Source: a virus. From it: 64,000 nt of DNA. Below, one piece after another: positions 1-9,998 of the stretch. Within the stretch, counting starts at the first letter, position 1; every line of letters begins with the position of its first letter. The stretch lies in the IMG/VR virus record IMGVR_UViG_3300029850_000008, one strand, 5' to 3'. The position numbers were made by a program, and so were the translations under genes. The notes beneath the pieces were generated by a model. That model did no database searches. It was not told where the DNA came from and saw only the letters and a list, made by a program, of their open reading frames with translations.

Positions 1-165
1 GGAATGCTAACAGCTATGGTATGCATTGATTTGATACAACAGGTTAGAAAAATCCCTTTTTGGAAAAGAGAGAAGTTTTGGAAAGAAAATTACGAACAGC
101 AGGTATTAGACGAGATTGTTAATCCGATAGAGAAGAAGCTGGATGAAATGGAAAAAGGAGATTGA
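1..165 (+). CDS. hypothetical protein, 3' fragment (start lies upstream of window)
   Basis: Frame 1 open from base 1 to TGA 163-165; same strand and tight spacing with next gene. Confidence 0.4.
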   Translation, partial: GMLTAMVCIDLIQQVRKIPFWKREKFWKENYEQQVLDEIVNPIEKKLDEMEKGD

Positions 166-169
166 GAAT

Positions 170-622
170 ATGGAACAGTTAATGCTTGAAGATATGATAA
201 AAGCCCTAAAATGTATTGCCAGCCAAGATGCTGATGGGGATTGCTATATGGAACACGAGAATTTTAAACATATGGAAGATGAAAATTACAAGCCCATTGT
301 CTGTGCGACTGGTGAGAATTTAAGAGATCCAATTAGCGGAGAAGATGCTATTAGTTGCCCATATTATAATAAAGCATATGAGTGTTGCCTTGAAGATGGG
401 GATCTGTCTTGGATGAAAGATGTTGCAGAACTTCTGGAAAAGCAAATTCCAAAAACCATAAAAATGAATGACGAAATAAAATATTTGGATGGAGAAGGCG
501 TTGGCTGGGTATGCCCAGGGTGCAATACAGTGATTTTTGATTTTGGCATTTATGATTACTGCCCTCATTGTGGTCAGAGATTGGAATGGAGAGATGATAA
601 TATTGAAGCTGAAAGTAATTAG
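170..622 (+). CDS. Cys-rich hypothetical protein with C-terminal zinc ribbon
   Basis: SD AAAGGAG then ATG 170 inside track ORF 143..622; C-terminal CPGC-x12-CPHC. Confidence 0.6.
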   Translation: MEQLMLEDMIKALKCIASQDADGDCYMEHENFKHMEDENYKPIVCATGENLRDPISGEDAISCPYYNKAYECCLEDGDLSWMKDVAELLEKQIPKTIKMNDEIKYLDGEGVGWVCPGCNTVIFDFGIYDYCPHCGQRLEWRDDNIEAESN

Positions 623-1334
623 CAGTGGAAGCCAGTACGGTAATTGCTATGCAATTATAGCCGGAAGCGAGATATTGCTGCTAGATTGTGGATGCAGATA
701 CAGTGATATTTTAAAAGGAATCGGATATAAAATCACAAATGTGGTCGGTTGCTTGTTGACACATGAACATGGAGACCATTCCAAATCATATAAAGAGATT
801 TTAAAGGCTGGAATTCCAATCTATACAAATGATGAAGCGGCAGATTCTCTTGAAATTATCACGGGTGAGAAAATGATTGGGAAACAGGAAAAACGCCCAT
901 TTATGGCTGGAAATTTTGTGATTACGCCATTTTATGTGCCACATGATGGCACGCCAAACTATGCGTATCTGGTCAGATTGCCGGATGGTGGAGTTTTCCT
1001 ATATGCTACGGACTTTTTGTATTTGCCATATAAGTTTCAAAAAATGAGGATCAATCATTTTCTCATAGAGTGCAATCATATGGACGAATCACCAGATGAA
1101 AGCTCTATGAAGTACAACCATAGCATTTGTGGGCATTCAAGGCTTTCTGAAGTGAAGAAAATCATAGATATAAATAAAAGTTCTTCGCTCAGAAATGTGA
1201 TTCTATGTCACTTGTCAGAAACGTGGGGGAACCCAGAAATAATGCAAAACGAAGTTCAATCTATTATTCCAGATGTTAATGTTCAGATTGCAGATCCTGG
1301 GCTTGAAGTTGATTTGAAATTAGAGCCATTTTAG
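594..1334 (+). CDS. metallo-beta-lactamase-fold hydrolase
   Basis: THEHGDHS (HxHxDH) motif; ATG 594 inside track ORF 537..1334, overlaps upstream gene end. Confidence 0.8.
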   Translation: MIILKLKVISSGSQYGNCYAIIAGSEILLLDCGCRYSDILKGIGYKITNVVGCLLTHEHGDHSKSYKEILKAGIPIYTNDEAADSLEIITGEKMIGKQEKRPFMAGNFVITPFYVPHDGTPNYAYLVRLPDGGVFLYATDFLYLPYKFQKMRINHFLIECNHMDESPDESSMKYNHSICGHSRLSEVKKIIDINKSSSLRNVILCHLSETWGNPEIMQNEVQSIIPDVNVQIADPGLEVDLKLEPF

Positions 1335-1370
1335 AAAATGAGTGTTTGTTAGAAAGGGTTTAAAGTTACA

Positions 1371-1514
1371 ATGATTACTGCAACAGATTATGTGAAAAAG
1401 AAAAAATCAAGCGATATTAAATGGTTGGAAATGCTGGAAAGCCTTGGATTTAAAAATGTAGGGTTAGAAGAATCTATTCGGCTTTTTGAAGCAATCAGAT
1501 ATTTCCATAAATAA
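1371..1514 (+). CDS. small hypothetical protein (47 aa)
   Basis: ATG 1371 to TAA 1512-1514, fills gap between MBL and SSB genes; weak SD. Confidence 0.3.
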   Translation: MITATDYVKKKKSSDIKWLEMLESLGFKNVGLEESIRLFEAIRYFHK

Positions 1515-1534
1515 CAGAAAGGAAGGTATTGAAA

Positions 1535-1981
1535 ATGAACAAAGTTATTCTGATTGGTCGGTTAACCCGTGATCCAGAAGTGAGATATTCTCAAGGTGAG
1601 GAGTCGATGGCGATTGCACGCTATACATTAGCTGTAGATCGTAGAGGTAAAAAAGATACGAATGAGCAGGCAGCGGATTTTATTAACTGCATTGCTTTTA
1701 GAAAAAACGGAGAATTTGCCGAAAAATATCTTACCAAAGGGATGAAGATTGCAGTTGTTGGAAGAATCCAGACCGGATCATACACGAATAAAGACGGTCA
1801 AAAAGTTTACACCACAGATGTTGTTGTCGAAGAGCATGAATTCGCTGAGAGTAAATCTTCTGGAAATTCAAACTATTCCGATTCTAGCGGTTCTACAAAG
1901 TCAAAACCAGAAAATGCATCGAATGATGGATTTGTAAACATCCCGGATGGAGTTGAAGACGAAGGGCTTCCATTTAATTAA
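1535..1981 (+). CDS. ssb: single-stranded DNA-binding protein
   Basis: MNKVILIGRLTRDPEVRY OB-fold N-terminus, Gly/Ser-rich linker, acidic tail DEGLPF; SD GAAAGGAAGG. Confidence 0.9.
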   Translation: MNKVILIGRLTRDPEVRYSQGEESMAIARYTLAVDRRGKKDTNEQAADFINCIAFRKNGEFAEKYLTKGMKIAVVGRIQTGSYTNKDGQKVYTTDVVVEEHEFAESKSSGNSNYSDSSGSTKSKPENASNDGFVNIPDGVEDEGLPFN

Positions 1982-2066
1982 CCGTCTCAAGAATTCTACG
2001 GCCTCTTAGGTAGCGGGATGAATTGAGACAAAGAATAATATATGTGAAAGGAAGTGACAAAGAATA

Positions 2067-2444
2067 ATGACTTCAAGAAAACCATCAGAGATTATTAAGG
2101 ATTTTTTGGATCTTATGGATAGTTCTCATGACCAGTATTTGAATTCCAAGAAAACAGTGGAAAGTTATGATGAACAGACAATTTCATGGGTTCACAAAAT
2201 CGAAAATGAGGATCTGGCAGAAGAGCGGAGTAAAATTTCTACTGCCTGGCATAAAGAGAGACTTGCTAGAAGAGCAGAGAAAAATAACATGCTTCTGTAT
2301 GAAAAAATCCATGAGTTTTCTATTAATGAGATGAACAAGTCAACTTTGAAGCGTTTAAGAAGTATGCTTGGAAACCAGATTAAGACAGAGGAATATCTGT
2401 CACAGGAAAATAAGGTTTTGAAAAGCAAACGGAGGATAGAGTAA
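2067..2444 (+). CDS. hypothetical protein
   Basis: Track ORF, charged coiled-coil-like, abuts next gene (ATGA overlap at 2444). Confidence 0.55.
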   Translation: MTSRKPSEIIKDFLDLMDSSHDQYLNSKKTVESYDEQTISWVHKIENEDLAEERSKISTAWHKERLARRAEKNNMLLYEKIHEFSINEMNKSTLKRLRSMLGNQIKTEEYLSQENKVLKSKRRIE

Positions 2445-3022
2445 TGGTCATTGGAGTTGATAAGGCTCAACAGGACGGAAAACACATTTTGAAACACAAA
2501 ATGTTGCAAGATATGGGAAATCAGCTGATTGATCTTCCAATTCCTGTTGGGGACTATATCGAAATCACACCGGAAATCAAGGAAGTGATTGACCGGAGAG
2601 GAGATAAGCTAAAGAAAATGGATCTCATTGGTTTAATCAATGTATCTGTAGATACAAAGAGAGACTGTGAAGAGTTATATTCCTGCTTGATGCAGGGGCA
2701 TAAGCGATTTTCGGATAGTTGTTTTTTGGCTCATAATAACGGAATCCGGCTGGTTATTCTTGTTGAAAATCTGGATGGTGTCACGTCAGTAGACAATCTG
2801 GAAAAATGGAAGAATGAAAAACGGTGGAAAAGCTACTTCATTGCCAGAAAAAGAGCGGAAAGAGCTGGAACAAAGGCTCCGAAACCTCCATGCAAACCAT
2901 CTCAGCTGAAACAGATCATGTGGACGATGCATGGAAAATATGGAACAGAATTTGTTTTTTGTAGACCAGAAGAAACGGCACAGAAAATAGTAGAATATCT
3001 TACATCAGATAATAGTAAGTAA
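2444..3022 (+). CDS. putative ERCC4/Mus81-like nuclease (possible junction resolvase)
   Basis: PVGDYIEI ... VDTKRDCEELYSCL resembles the GDY ... ERK..DL..S nuclease signature; by-eye only. Confidence 0.4.
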   Translation: MVIGVDKAQQDGKHILKHKMLQDMGNQLIDLPIPVGDYIEITPEIKEVIDRRGDKLKKMDLIGLINVSVDTKRDCEELYSCLMQGHKRFSDSCFLAHNNGIRLVILVENLDGVTSVDNLEKWKNEKRWKSYFIARKRAERAGTKAPKPPCKPSQLKQIMWTMHGKYGTEFVFCRPEETAQKIVEYLTSDNSK

Positions 3023-3137
3023 ATCTAAAGATCATAAACATCAGATAACCCAGGTGAATCATCCTGGAATACCAATAAAAAGAAGAAAGGAACCGAACCT
3101 CCGGCCGGGGCAATGCTATAGCAGGTTCCTATAAAAA

Positions 3138-5654
3138 ATGACATACAAAGAATTTTTAGAGACAAAGATTGAGCTTGCGACCGAAAGCGGATTTGTTGTA
3201 AGTCAAGAGGAAGTCAACAGTGCATTAAAACCACACCAGAAAGATGCGGTGATGTGGGCGCTAAGAGGTGGCAGAAGGGCGTTATTTGAGAGCTTTGGAC
3301 TTGGAAAGACGGCACAGGAAATTGAATTCTGCCACTTGGCAGCGAAACATAGTGGTGGAAGGGCATTAATTGTGTTGCCGCTTGGAGTAAAACAAGAGTT
3401 TACCAGAGATGCTGTGGAAATTCTTGGCTATGAAAAACCAGAATACTGTCGGACGATGGAAGAGGTGGAAAAAAGTACAAGTCAGATTGTATTAACTAAC
3501 TATGAACGAGTCAGAGATGGAGACATTAGACCGGATTATTTTGTGGCAACTTCTCTTGATGAAGCGAGTGTATTGAGGAGTTTTGGAAGCAAGACCTATC
3601 AAACATTTTTGGACAAGTTCAAGAATGTACCATATAAACTAGTAGCGACTGCTACACCGTCACCAAACAAATACAAGGAACTAATTCACTATGCTGGTTA
3701 CCTGGAAGTGATGGATACTGGGCAGGCGTTGACAAGATTCTTTCAGAGAGATAGCACAAAGGCAAATAATTTGACATTGTACCCAAACATGGAAGATGAG
3801 TTCTGGATGTGGGTAAGTAGTTGGGCATTATTCATCACTAGACCCTCAGATCTGAATCCTAATTATTCAGACGATGGATATGATCTGCCGCCGCTGGAAG
3901 TAAGATGGCATGAACTTCCAGTACACTACGGAGATACCTCTGGTAAGGATGGCCAGATGCAACTATTTCAAGAAGCAGCAGAAGGGTTGAAAGAAGCTGC
4001 ATCAGTAAAGCGTGACAGCATAGATCAGCGAGTGGCCGAAATGAAGAGAATCGTAGAAGAATCACCAAATGATCATTTCTTATTGTGGCATGATCTGGAA
4101 AATGAGCGTCATGCCATTAAAAAAGCATTACCGGATACTGTAGATATTTATGGAGCTATGGACTATGACCTGAGAGAACAACTGGTGATTGACTTTTCAA
4201 ATGGAGCGACCAAATTATTTGCCACAAAGAAATCATTGTCGGGATCCGGATGTAATTTCCAGAGATATTGTCACAGGGAGATTTTTCTGGGAATTGATTA
4301 TGAGTTTAATGATTTCATTCAGGCCGTGCACCGATGTTACAGATTTTTACAGAAAGAACCAGTTGTGATCGATATTATTTACATTGAGAATGAGAGACAG
4401 ATAAAAGAAGCATTGATGGAAAAATGGAAGAATCATAATCATATGGTTTTCAAAATGATAGAAATCGTAAAAAAATATGGACTGACGTCTGCAAATAAAG
4501 AGGAGCGGCTGGAAAGGAAAATGGGAGTGGAAGGAAGTAGAGAAGAAAGAACAGTAAGAGGAAAACACTATGAAGCGGTATATGGTGACTGCGTGGAAGA
4601 AACTAGAACAATGGAAAGCAACAGTGTAGATCTGATCCACACATCAATCCCATTTGGTAATCACTATGAGTATAGCGCCAATTATAACGATTTTGGACAC
4701 AACCAGAATACAGAACGATTCTTTGAACAGATGGATTTTCTTACACCAGAGCTGCTGCGGGTATTGCGTCCTGGAAGAGTGGCAGCAATTCATGTAAAGG
4801 ATCGTGTGCTGTTCGGAAATGCTACAGGTACGGGAATGCCAACTGTCGAACCTTTTCATGCACTGTGTATCAGTCATTATATGAAGCATGGTTTTCAGTA
4901 TTTTGGCATGATTACAGTTGTTACAGATGTGGTTCGAGAAAATAACCAAACATATCGTTTAGGGTGGACGGAACAGTGCAAAGACGGTTCAAAGATGGGG
5001 GTAGGATGCCCAGAATATATTTTACTATTCCGAAAACTCCCGACAGACAGATCTACTGCATATGCTGATGTACCAGTTAAGAAGTCAAAAGAGGACTATA
5101 CCAGGGCGCAGTGGCAGATTGATGCACATGGCTACTGGAGATCATCAGGTGATCGGTTGGTCGGCAAGGAAGAGCTGGAAAACATATCTGTAGATAACTT
5201 GCAGGCGGTATACCGGAAATACAGCCGGGAAAGTGTATACAACTATGAAGACCATGTGAATCTGGCAAAGAAACTGGATGAAAACGGAAAGTTACCGGCT
5301 ACGTTCATGGTGGTTGCACCGGGATCATGGAATCAGTTGGAGGTATGGGATGATATTAACCGGATGCGGACACTGAACACCACACAGAGCCGTAGACGTG
5401 CTCAAATGCACGTGTGCCCGTTACAGCTGGATATCGTTGAGAGAATCATCAATAGATACAGTAATGAGGGTGATACTGTCTATGATCCGTTTGGCGGTCT
5501 TATGACAGTACCTATGATAGCTGTGAAAATGCATAGATTTGGAAAAGGATGCGAGCTGAATGCTGACTATTTCCGGGATGGAATTGGTTATTTGCAAGCA
5601 GTTGAAAACGAGATCGACTCTCCTACGTTGTTCGATTTTATGCAAGAAGTATAG
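3138..5654 (+). CDS. SNF2-family helicase fused to beta-class amino DNA methyltransferase
   Basis: N-half GLGKT, DEAS, TATPSPN, QAVHRCYR helicase motifs; C-half TSIPF (motif IV-like) followed by DPFGG (motif I). Confidence 0.8.
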   Translation: MTYKEFLETKIELATESGFVVSQEEVNSALKPHQKDAVMWALRGGRRALFESFGLGKTAQEIEFCHLAAKHSGGRALIVLPLGVKQEFTRDAVEILGYEKPEYCRTMEEVEKSTSQIVLTNYERVRDGDIRPDYFVATSLDEASVLRSFGSKTYQTFLDKFKNVPYKLVATATPSPNKYKELIHYAGYLEVMDTGQALTRFFQRDSTKANNLTLYPNMEDEFWMWVSSWALFITRPSDLNPNYSDDGYDLPPLEVRWHELPVHYGDTSGKDGQMQLFQEAAEGLKEAASVKRDSIDQRVAEMKRIVEESPNDHFLLWHDLENERHAIKKALPDTVDIYGAMDYDLREQLVIDFSNGATKLFATKKSLSGSGCNFQRYCHREIFLGIDYEFNDFIQAVHRCYRFLQKEPVVIDIIYIENERQIKEALMEKWKNHNHMVFKMIEIVKKYGLTSANKEERLERKMGVEGSREERTVRGKHYEAVYGDCVEETRTMESNSVDLIHTSIPFGNHYEYSANYNDFGHNQNTERFFEQMDFLTPELLRVLRPGRVAAIHVKDRVLFGNATGTGMPTVEPFHALCISHYMKHGFQYFGMITVVTDVVRENNQTYRLGWTEQCKDGSKMGVGCPEYILLFRKLPTDRSTAYADVPVKKSKEDYTRAQWQIDAHGYWRSSGDRLVGKEELENISVDNLQAVYRKYSRESVYNYEDHVNLAKKLDENGKLPATFMVVAPGSWNQLEVWDDINRMRTLNTTQSRRRAQMHVCPLQLDIVERIINRYSNEGDTVYDPFGGLMTVPMIAVKMHRFGKGCELNADYFRDGIGYLQAVENEIDSPTLFDFMQEV

Positions 5655-5674
5655 ATATTCCAGGAGTAATTAAA

Positions 5675-6331
5675 ATGCCAACATCAATCTACCAAAAAAG
5701 AATGTATCAAAAAAGAAGATCGCTAGGTCTTTGCGTTGATTGCGGTAATCCTGCTGAAAATGGTGCGTGCAGATGCCTAAACTGTAGCACGAATAAAAAT
5801 AATGAGAAAGCATTGAATTACCGATTGTATCAATCCTATGGAGTATGCCCTATATGCAAAGTTAATTCAATTATGGGTGATGAAAAAACTTGTCCAGAGT
5901 GCAGAGCCACTTCTGTAGAATATTCAAATGATTGGCATAGGAAAAATCGTGACCAATATAACCAGACTCATCGTACATGGGCAAAGATGGAATACTCCAA
6001 TAGAAAAGAACTTGGAATATGTACCAGGTGTGGAAAAAGAAAATCAATAAACGGAAGAGTTATGTGCGGTATATGTGCAGATAAGGCAAGGAAGCAGAAA
6101 GAAAAGAAGAGAGTTTCGGCCATGACAAAATCCGAGAGAATTGAAAATGGAATCTGCTATTTTTGTGACAATCCAGCAAAGAAAGGTTATAAGGTGTGTG
6201 AAGAACATTATCAGAAAAACCTTGAGAATCTGAAACATCCAAAATGTGTGGAAGCAACCAATAAAGAGAAGAAAAAAATTCATCGTATTATTCAAGGGAG
6301 GAAAGCAAGAAATGAACGAATTTGCAATTAA
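5675..6331 (+). CDS. protein with four tandem CxxC...CxxC zinc-ribbon units
   Basis: CVDC..CLNC, CPIC..CPEC, CTRC..CGIC, CYFC..C repeats; SD AGGAG upstream. Confidence 0.6.
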   Translation: MPTSIYQKRMYQKRRSLGLCVDCGNPAENGACRCLNCSTNKNNEKALNYRLYQSYGVCPICKVNSIMGDEKTCPECRATSVEYSNDWHRKNRDQYNQTHRTWAKMEYSNRKELGICTRCGKRKSINGRVMCGICADKARKQKEKKRVSAMTKSERIENGICYFCDNPAKKGYKVCEEHYQKNLENLKHPKCVEATNKEKKKIHRIIQGRKARNERICN

Positions 6332-6596
6332 CTGGATTAAGGGTGGAACATATGCAGAAATTACCGTGCCGAGTGGTACTGCTTTAAAATCAAAATTACT
6401 GAAACTGGCAAAAAGAAAGCCAAATGAAGTAAACCATGTAATTATCAATAAAGATGGTTCCATGGTTTGCCACGTACCGATTAATTATATCAAAGTTAGT
6501 CCTCCAAGAAAGATTTCCGATGAACAGGCAGCAGCGGCAAGCGATCGTTTTAAGCAGATGTGGGAAGAAAAGAAATCTGAAAGCAATTTGAATTAG
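6312..6596 (+). CDS. hypothetical protein
   Basis: SD GGGAGGAAAG then ATG 6312 inside track ORF 6246..6596. Confidence 0.5.
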   Translation: MNEFAINWIKGGTYAEITVPSGTALKSKLLKLAKRKPNEVNHVIINKDGSMVCHVPINYIKVSPPRKISDEQAAAASDRFKQMWEEKKSESNLN

Positions 6597-6669
6597 AAAC
6601 AATTAACAATCCGCCCAGATCCATATGATTTGGGCGGAAATCAACTAATCAGAGAGGCGGCATAGTGTT

Positions 6670-7419
6670 ATGGGAGAAAAAAGAGGCTATGCATTAACAG
6701 AAAGTAATCCATTTTCCGGAAGAATCATAGAAAAGTTAGGAAAACTGCCTGGTGGTGATAGATTATCGCTTGCTTATTTAAAAATGTATATTTTACAGAA
6801 GAATAATATGTTGGAAACATATCTTTTTGAAAAATCTGGATTTTATCCATTGGCACAGGCAATTAACGAAGACGAAGAAATAGTTCGTTTATTGTGTTCT
6901 TATCTTATTTCTACTAATGAGTTGAAGTTGACAGATGATTATAAAGAAAAATCAAAGAAAGAAAACCAGAAGAGAGAAACATTAATTAATGATGATGATA
7001 TAGAAGAGATTATAAAAGTATGGAATGCATCTGGTGCTGATCCCGTAATACGAATTTCTAAGACAACTGATCGTTACAAGATGCTTATTTGCAGGGTAAG
7101 GGAGTACGGAAAAGACGCAGTCATTCAAGCCATTAAAAATGTTTCTTCCAGTGACTTCTTAAGGGGGAAAAATGATCATGGGTGGAAAATTACATTTCAG
7201 TGGTTCGTTAAGCCTAACAACTTTGTAAAAGTATATGAAGGTCAGTACAATAAAAGTAATAACGGTCATCAAAATAATACAGATAAATTTTACATGGTTC
7301 CAAAGGAAATTCGAGAGGACATGGAGCGTAGGGGAGTGATCCGAGATGGAAGCATTAACTATGCGAAGCTATCTGATCGGGATTCGGATATACTTAGAAA
7401 CGCCGGGGTGAAAATTTGA
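6670..7419 (+). CDS. replication-associated protein with conserved phage C-terminal (Phg_2220_C-like) domain
   Basis: C-terminal DFLRGKNDHGWKITFQWFVKPNNFVKVYEGQY pattern; sits directly before primase-helicase. Confidence 0.55.
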   Translation: MGEKRGYALTESNPFSGRIIEKLGKLPGGDRLSLAYLKMYILQKNNMLETYLFEKSGFYPLAQAINEDEEIVRLLCSYLISTNELKLTDDYKEKSKKENQKRETLINDDDIEEIIKVWNASGADPVIRISKTTDRYKMLICRVREYGKDAVIQAIKNVSSSDFLRGKNDHGWKITFQWFVKPNNFVKVYEGQYNKSNNGHQNNTDKFYMVPKEIREDMERRGVIRDGSINYAKLSDRDSDILRNAGVKI

Positions 7420-9236
7420 TGCAATACGAATTCAATGTACAAGATGCTTGGGATTTTGCTAGAAGAATGAATGAGCAGCCAAAGCAAAAGGGGGATGAAC
7501 TTCATTTTCGCCTTTGCCCATATTGCAGAGGGGGGCAAGGTGGAAAAGACAAAGAAACGTTTTCAATAAATCTTATTACTGGACAGTTCAAGTGCTTGCG
7601 TGCATCATGTGGAATCACTGGAAACATGGTGACACTAGCAAAAGATTTCGATTTTCGGTTAAGTGGTGACTACCAAGAGTATTTGAAGCCATCGAAACAG
7701 TTTCGTGCTCTGAAAACACCGCCAAAGCCGATTATCCCCAAAGATCCGGCCATAAAATATTTAGAGTCCAGAGGAATTTCCAAAGAAACAGCTGAATTAT
7801 ATGAAATTACTGTTCAGAATGGAAAAGACAACATTCTGGTATTCCCTTTCTATGACGAAAATGGAAAGTTGCAGTTTGTGAAATACCGAAAAACGGATTT
7901 TAATAAGGAAAAAGATAAAAATAAAGAGTGGTGTGAATCATCCTGCAAGCCTATTTTGTTTGGAATGAAACAGTGTAAGGATTTCACCAGACTTATTTTA
8001 ACAGAGGGACAATTAGATTCGCTTTCTGTTGCTGAATCTGGAATTGATAATGCAGTTTCGGTTCCAACAGGTGCCAAGGGATTTACCTGGATTCCATATT
8101 GTTGGGACTGGGTTCGGAAGTTTGAAGAAATCATTGTTTTTGGAGACTGTGAAAACGGGAAGGTCACGCTTCTTGATGAAATAAAATCGAGATTTCCGAA
8201 TAAAATCCGTGTAGTTCGCATGGATGATTACCAAGGATGCAAAGATGCAAATGAGATTTTGCAGAAACATGGCAAGGGCGCAGTGAAAAAAGCAGTAGAA
8301 CAGGCTGAAATGCTTCCGGTTAAGCGTATCAAGCAATTTGCAGACATCAAAAGGGTTGATATTTATAAGCTACCAAAGTTAAAAACAGGCTTTAAGGAAC
8401 TGGACAAAATCTTAGGTGGTGGTCTCTTTTTTGGACAGGTTGATTTAATTTGCGGCAAAAGAGGAGATGGAAAAAGTACTGTTGCGCAGCAAATTATTGG
8501 TGGATCAGTAGCCCAAGGATACCCAACATTAATATATTCTGGTGAGTTGACGGATTATCTTTGTAAAAGCTGGCTTGATTTTCAAATGGCAGGTCCATCA
8601 AATGTCATTGAGAATTACAATATTGATGGAACCATTCACAGATTTATCACAAATTCAACAGAAGAACTATTAAACAACTGGTATCGAGATAAATTATTTA
8701 TTTACGATAATTCTATTATTGACGATGATGAACCAGAAGATCTAATAAAGACCATAACGGAATCTATTATGCAATACGGAATAAAGGTTATATTGATTGA
8801 TAACCTCATGACAGCCATTGACCTAGATGCTTCTCCGGAATCCGACAAATACGAGAGACAGTCAAAATTTGTGAAAAATTTGGCTAAAATTGCCACGAAG
8901 TATGATGTTTTGATTATTCTGGTAGCACACAAGAGAAAGAACGGTTATACCACAGATGCAAATGATGAGGTTTCCGGATCTGCAGATATCACAAATGCTG
9001 CCGGCGTAGTCATGAGTTATGACCGAGACACTGAGTTACCACAAGATCAGCGGAAATTGATTCTATCAAAAAGCCGTATTATGGGAAAATTGAATTATGA
9101 TGGCTATATCCTTCAATACGATGAAAAATCAAAAAGAATCTTTTCCAATGCAGAAGAATTGAATCGTAGATACGGATGGGAAAAAGAAAATAACGGATTC
9201 TATGAAAGCGCAGAAGGAGATGTGGTGTTTGCATGA
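7416..9236 (+). CDS. bifunctional primase-helicase (Zn finger + Toprim + DnaB-like ATPase)
   Basis: CPYC..C..C zinc finger, Toprim TEGQLDS, Walker A GKRGDGKST, Walker B VILIDNL. Confidence 0.85.
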   Translation: MMQYEFNVQDAWDFARRMNEQPKQKGDELHFRLCPYCRGGQGGKDKETFSINLITGQFKCLRASCGITGNMVTLAKDFDFRLSGDYQEYLKPSKQFRALKTPPKPIIPKDPAIKYLESRGISKETAELYEITVQNGKDNILVFPFYDENGKLQFVKYRKTDFNKEKDKNKEWCESSCKPILFGMKQCKDFTRLILTEGQLDSLSVAESGIDNAVSVPTGAKGFTWIPYCWDWVRKFEEIIVFGDCENGKVTLLDEIKSRFPNKIRVVRMDDYQGCKDANEILQKHGKGAVKKAVEQAEMLPVKRIKQFADIKRVDIYKLPKLKTGFKELDKILGGGLFFGQVDLICGKRGDGKSTVAQQIIGGSVAQGYPTLIYSGELTDYLCKSWLDFQMAGPSNVIENYNIDGTIHRFITNSTEELLNNWYRDKLFIYDNSIIDDDEPEDLIKTITESIMQYGIKVILIDNLMTAIDLDASPESDKYERQSKFVKNLAKIATKYDVLIILVAHKRKNGYTTDANDEVSGSADITNAAGVVMSYDRDTELPQDQRKLILSKSRIMGKLNYDGYILQYDEKSKRIFSNAEELNRRYGWEKENNGFYESAEGDVVFA

Positions 9237-9487
9237 AAGAAATGAAAAATACAGATGTTATGGCATTGATGAATGATATTCATAACGTATTTTTTAAAAA
9301 ATACCGTGACATGGAATTAAGCCCAGATTCAACAGCATGGGATGACATTGTTGCAGATGCCGGGAAACTGATGGATAAGTACAAGGAATTTACACATATG
9401 GAGTGTGGGACAGAGGTCAGAAGTGCTGATGCCCCAATACTCTGGATGCTTGGAATACTGGAAAGAAGGTCGAAAAAGAATGAATAG
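9233..9487 (+). CDS. hypothetical protein
   Basis: Track ORF, ATGA overlap with primase-helicase stop. Confidence 0.5.
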   Translation: MKEMKNTDVMALMNDIHNVFFKKYRDMELSPDSTAWDDIVADAGKLMDKYKEFTHMECGTEVRSADAPILWMLGILERRSKKNE

Positions 9488-9809
9488 ACAGCAAAGAAGA
9501 TTATCTGAAAAAATGCAAGGGAAGAAACGATCCTATACAGACGAAGAAATGCATGAAATTTGTGAAAAATACGCCAAAAAGCGTATTGAAATGGATCGAA
9601 AGAAAAGCAATGAAGTGGAAATTGAATTGTATTTCACTGCTTTGGGATTAGCATTGGAAGAGATTCATGGTTTTAAAATGGAGCGGATCTTGAATGTGTG
9701 GAAGAAAACGGATGAATACATTTCAAAGATTCCGGCTGGTGAATGCACATTTGAAGATTTGAAAAATATGCTTTATGAACGTGCGAATATCATTTGCAGC
9801 TTTGAATAG
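9480..9809 (+). CDS. hypothetical protein
   Basis: ATG 9480 overlaps upstream stop (ATGAATAG); inside track ORF 9405..9809. Confidence 0.5.
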   Translation: MNRQQRRLSEKMQGKKRSYTDEEMHEICEKYAKKRIEMDRKKSNEVEIELYFTALGLALEEIHGFKMERILNVWKKTDEYISKIPAGECTFEDLKNMLYERANIICSFE

Positions 9810-9823
9810 GTTGGTGAGGACAA

Positions 9824-9964
9824 ATGGGGATTGATAAAACCATATTACTTATGATAAATGAGCGGTTATACAAAAATGGAAAGATAGATAAATACACGAA
9901 AGAAAAAATAGAAAAGGAGATTAATAAAAATGATTGTAAAACAGGAATGGATAGACTAAAATAA
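9824..9964 (+). CDS. small hypothetical protein (46 aa)
   Basis: SD GGTGAGGA then ATG 9824, TAA 9962-9964. Confidence 0.3.
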   Translation: MGIDKTILLMINERLYKNGKIDKYTKEKIEKEINKNDCKTGMDRLK

Positions 9965-9998
9965 TGGTAGGTTCTGTCCTTCCATATGGAGGATTAGC

